A DNA stretch of 63,059 bases from Bacteroidia bacterium (GTDB taxonomy: Bacteria; Bacteroidota; Bacteroidia; NS11-12g; UBA9320). Below the pieces are notes generated by a model. The model was given only the letters and a program-made list of their open reading frames with translations, made no database searches and was not told the DNA's origin. Below are positions 60,502 through 63,059 of the stretch, piece after piece. The stretch spans positions 1 to 63,059 of the forward strand of contig JAFMCI010000006.1 of NCBI GenBank assembly GCA_017857855.1, written 5' to 3'. Numbering within the stretch: the stretch's first letter is position 1; every line of letters begins with the position of its first letter. A program made the position numbers and the translations under genes.

Positions 60502-60554
60502 TCTTGGTTAATTAAAAATTAATTAACATCTTTGCAGCCCTAAAAAACGAAGGA

Positions 60555-60788
60555 ATGTCAAGAGTTTGTGATTTAACAGGTAAGAAAGCGATGAGCGGAA
60601 ACAATGTTTCTCACTCAAAAAGAAGAACTAAAAGAAGGTTTTATCCAAATCTTCAAACTAAAAGATTCTGGCTGCCTGAGCAAGATGAGTGGATTACACT
60701 TAAAATAAGTACATCAGCATTAAAAACCATCAATAAGAAAGGTATTACTGCTTGTTTAAATAATTTGTTAAAAAACGGTAAAATATAA
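60555..60788 (+). CDS. rpmB: 50S ribosomal protein L28
   Basis: MSRVCDLTGK...GNNVSHS...RRFYPNLQ. Confidence 0.97.
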   Translation: MSRVCDLTGKKAMSGNNVSHSKRRTKRRFYPNLQTKRFWLPEQDEWITLKISTSALKTINKKGITACLNNLLKNGKI

Positions 60789-60791
60789 CAG

Positions 60792-60974
60792 ATGGCTAAG
60801 AAAGGAAATAGAGTACAAGTAATCTTGGAATGTACCGAGCAAAAAGGTACTAACGTACCAGGGATGTCAAGATACATCACTACCAAGAATAAGAGAAATA
60901 CTACAGAACGTCTTGAGCTTAAGAAGTACAATCCGTTTATGAAAAAAGTAACCGTACACAAAGAAATTAAATAA
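60792..60974 (+). CDS. rpmG: 50S ribosomal protein L33
   Basis: ILECTE...[20 protein letters not shown]...HKEIK. Confidence 0.97.
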   Translation: MAKKGNRVQVILECTEQKGTNVPGMSRYITTKNKRNTTERLELKKYNPFMKKVTVHKEIK

Positions 60975-60975
60975 T

Positions 60976-61131
60976 ATGGCAAAGAAAGTAGTTGCAACGT
61001 TAAAGAAAGAAGGTTCAGGTAGAGACTGGGCTAAACTTGTTAGATGCGTTAGGTCTCCCAAAACAGGTGCTTATGCGTTCAGAGAAGAAATGATTCCTAC
61101 TGAAGCTGTGAAGGCAGCTTTGGCTAAATAA
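60976..61131 (+). CDS. DUF4295 family protein (Bacteroidota ribosomal protein bL38), 51 aa, absent from ORF track
   Basis: Manual translation MAKKVVATLKKEGSGRDWAKLVRCVRSPKTGAYAFREEMIPTEAVKAALAK, between rpmG and ftsY. Confidence 0.88.
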   Translation: MAKKVVATLKKEGSGRDWAKLVRCVRSPKTGAYAFREEMIPTEAVKAALAK

Positions 61132-61160
61132 GATATCCAAATAAAATATTTTTTATAGTG

Positions 61161-61193
61161 AAAAGCTTCCTACTTTTGATGGGAAGCTTTTTT
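61161..61193 (+). terminator. Intrinsic terminator after rpmB-rpmG-DUF4295
   Basis: AAAAGCTTCC...GGAAGCTTTTTT. Confidence 0.8.
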
Positions 61194-61206
61194 ATGTTTA
61201 TACCTA

Positions 61207-62154
61207 ATGGGTTTATTAGATTTTTTTAAGAAGAAACCAACCGAAGAACAAAAGGTAAAGTTAGATGAAGGTCTAGAAAAAACCCGTTCCTCTTTTATTT
61301 CTAAAATTTCAAAAGTAGTAGTAGGAAAAAGCTCTATTAGCGACGATTTTTTAGACGAACTAGAAGAAGTGCTGATATCTTCTGATGTTGGGGTCAACAC
61401 TACGGTTAAAATAATTGATAGAATAGAAGCGCGCGTTTCTCGCGATAAATACCTTTCGCAATCAGAGCTAAATGTAATGCTTAAAGAAGAAATAACCAAT
61501 CTTCTGGCAGAAACAGAAATGCCGATACAAAATACTGACGTAAAACCATATGTGATCATGGTAGTAGGAGTAAATGGTGTTGGGAAAACTACAACCATCG
61601 GCAAATTGGCAAACATGTTCAAAAATCAAGGATTGAAGGTTGTGTTAGGAGCTGGTGATACGTTTAGAGCTGCGGCTGTGGATCAACTAAAAATTTGGGG
61701 AGAGCGAGTAGGAGTAGAGGTTGTAGCTAAAGGAATGGATACAGATCCTGCTGCAGTAGCATTTGAAGCGGTTAAATATGGTACTGAAAATAATGCTGAT
61801 GTAGTCATCATTGACACTGCAGGACGTTTACACAATAAAATTAACTTAATGAATGAGCTTTCTAAAATAAAGCGAGTTATGGATAAGCAGGTTGTTGGAG
61901 CTCCTCATGAAGTACTTTTGGTGCTGGATGCATCAACTGGTCAAAATGCTTTTGAGCAAGCAAAACAATTTACCGCAGCTACTGAAGTAACTTCACTGGC
62001 ACTTACCAAGTTGGATGGCACCGCTAAAGGTGGCGTCGTAATAGGGATTAGTGACCAATTCAGTATTCCTGTTAAATATATAGGAGTAGGCGAGCAGATG
62101 AACGATTTGCAGCTTTTTGACAGTAAAAATTATGTAGAAACACTTTTCTCTTAA
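61207..62154 (+). CDS. ftsY: Signal recognition particle receptor FtsY
   Basis: GVNGVGKTTTIGKLA, DTFRAAA, DTAGR, TKLDGTAKGG. Confidence 0.98.
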   Translation: MGLLDFFKKKPTEEQKVKLDEGLEKTRSSFISKISKVVVGKSSISDDFLDELEEVLISSDVGVNTTVKIIDRIEARVSRDKYLSQSELNVMLKEEITNLLAETEMPIQNTDVKPYVIMVVGVNGVGKTTTIGKLANMFKNQGLKVVLGAGDTFRAAAVDQLKIWGERVGVEVVAKGMDTDPAAVAFEAVKYGTENNADVVIIDTAGRLHNKINLMNELSKIKRVMDKQVVGAPHEVLLVLDASTGQNAFEQAKQFTAATEVTSLALTKLDGTAKGGVVIGISDQFSIPVKYIGVGEQMNDLQLFDSKNYVETLFS

Positions 62155-63059
62155 ATGAAAACTAAAACACACAAACCCAATAAGGTCTCAATTATAACCT
62201 TAGGTTGTTCAAAAAATACAGTAGACTCTGAAGTATTGCAATCTCAATTAACGGGAGGCAGAGTTCACTCGGTTCACGAAGATACAGCAGATGCCGATAC
62301 TATTATTATCAATACATGTGGTTTTATAGATAACGCTAAGCAAGAGAGTATAGATACCATCCTGCAATTTGCCGAAGAGAAAAAAGCGGGTAACATAGAA
62401 AATTTAATCGTTACGGGATGTCTATCGGAGAGATATAAAGAAGATTTATCTCCAGAAATACCCGAAGTAGATAAATGGTATGGCACTTTTGAGTTACCTC
62501 AATTGCTTAATCATTTGGGGGTAGACTACAAAAAAGAACTTTTAGGTGAGCGTAAGTCTTCGGTTTCGAGACATTATGCCTACATGAAAATATCGGAAGG
62601 TTGTGATAGACCATGTTCTTTTTGTGCAATACCGCTGATGCGAGGCAAGCATGTTTCTAAATCTATTGATGAGTTAGTTGCAGAGGCTAAGGGACTTGTG
62701 CGCGATGGAATTAAAGAAATCATGCTTATAGCGCAGGATTCTACCTATTACGGAATAGACTTGTATGGCGAGCGAAGACTTCACGAACTTATGGATAGAC
62801 TTAGTGATATTGAAGGGCTGGAGTGGCTCAGATTACACTACGCATATCCGTCTAAGTTTCCTTTTGAGGTATTGCCTATTATAAATAGCAAACCTAACAT
62901 TTGTAAATACTTAGATATTCCTATTCAGCATATTTCGGATAATGTACTCAAAACCATGAGACGAGGAATTACAAAACGCCGTACAGAAGAGGTATTGGAT
63001 AGAATTAAAGCAGAGGTTAGTGGTATTGCCCTGCGTACTACCTTATTGGTAGGCCATCC
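62155..63059 (+). CDS. rimO: Ribosomal protein S12 methylthiotransferase RimO (3' partial, runs off window)
   Basis: Manual translation: TLGCSKNTVDSE, INTCGFI, VTGCLSERY, KISEGCDRPCSFCAIP radical-SAM motif, RLHYAYP. Confidence 0.95.
   Translation, partial: MKTKTHKPNKVSIITLGCSKNTVDSEVLQSQLTGGRVHSVHEDTADADTIIINTCGFIDNAKQESIDTILQFAEEKKAGNIENLIVTGCLSERYKEDLSPEIPEVDKWYGTFELPQLLNHLGVDYKKELLGERKSSVSRHYAYMKISEGCDRPCSFCAIPLMRGKHVSKSIDELVAEAKGLVRDGIKEIMLIAQDSTYYGIDLYGERRLHELMDRLSDIEGLEWLRLHYAYPSKFPFEVLPIINSKPNICKYLDIPIQHISDNVLKTMRRGITKRRTEEVLDRIKAEVSGIALRTTLLVGH

Overview
AT-rich, gene-dense core chromosomal segment of a Bacteroidota bacterium. The lineage is supported by TAnnTTTG -7 promoters, T9SS cargo and porQ, alternative complex III, the rpmB-rpmG-DUF4295/bL38-ftsY-rimO cluster and a stand-alone dnaA. 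It holds about 65 CDS: purB, sppA, a sigma54-activator/lptE/secG/groESL block, acyl-ACP desaturase, alkB, the six-gene actABCDEF operon, phoH, cmk, ABC permeases, redox genes, typA, dnaA, rpsF-rpsR-rplI, dnaX, rnhB, a K+ channel, namZ and ribosomal genes. I found no rRNA, tRNA, CRISPR array, prophage or transposase. Three genes missing from the ORF track were recovered by hand: a Cys-rich DUF5522-like ORF (57839-58003), bL38/DUF4295 (60976-61131) and a partial rimO (62155-end). The most notable signals are: (1) dnaX is split at an A10G slippery run, so the long tau form needs a -1 shift; (2) a candidate sigma54 heat-shock circuit, with TGCCA-N-TG boxes shared between a sensor-less activator promoter and groESL; (3) many promoters sit 4-6 nt from the start codon, predicting leaderless mRNAs; (4) the ACIII lacks the ActA monoheme domain and linked oxidase genes, and is followed by alkB; (5) the K+ channel has both residues of the KcsA W67-D80 pair replaced by Asn and is coupled to a small Cys-rich protein. 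All family calls come from motif recognition by eye, not from database searches.
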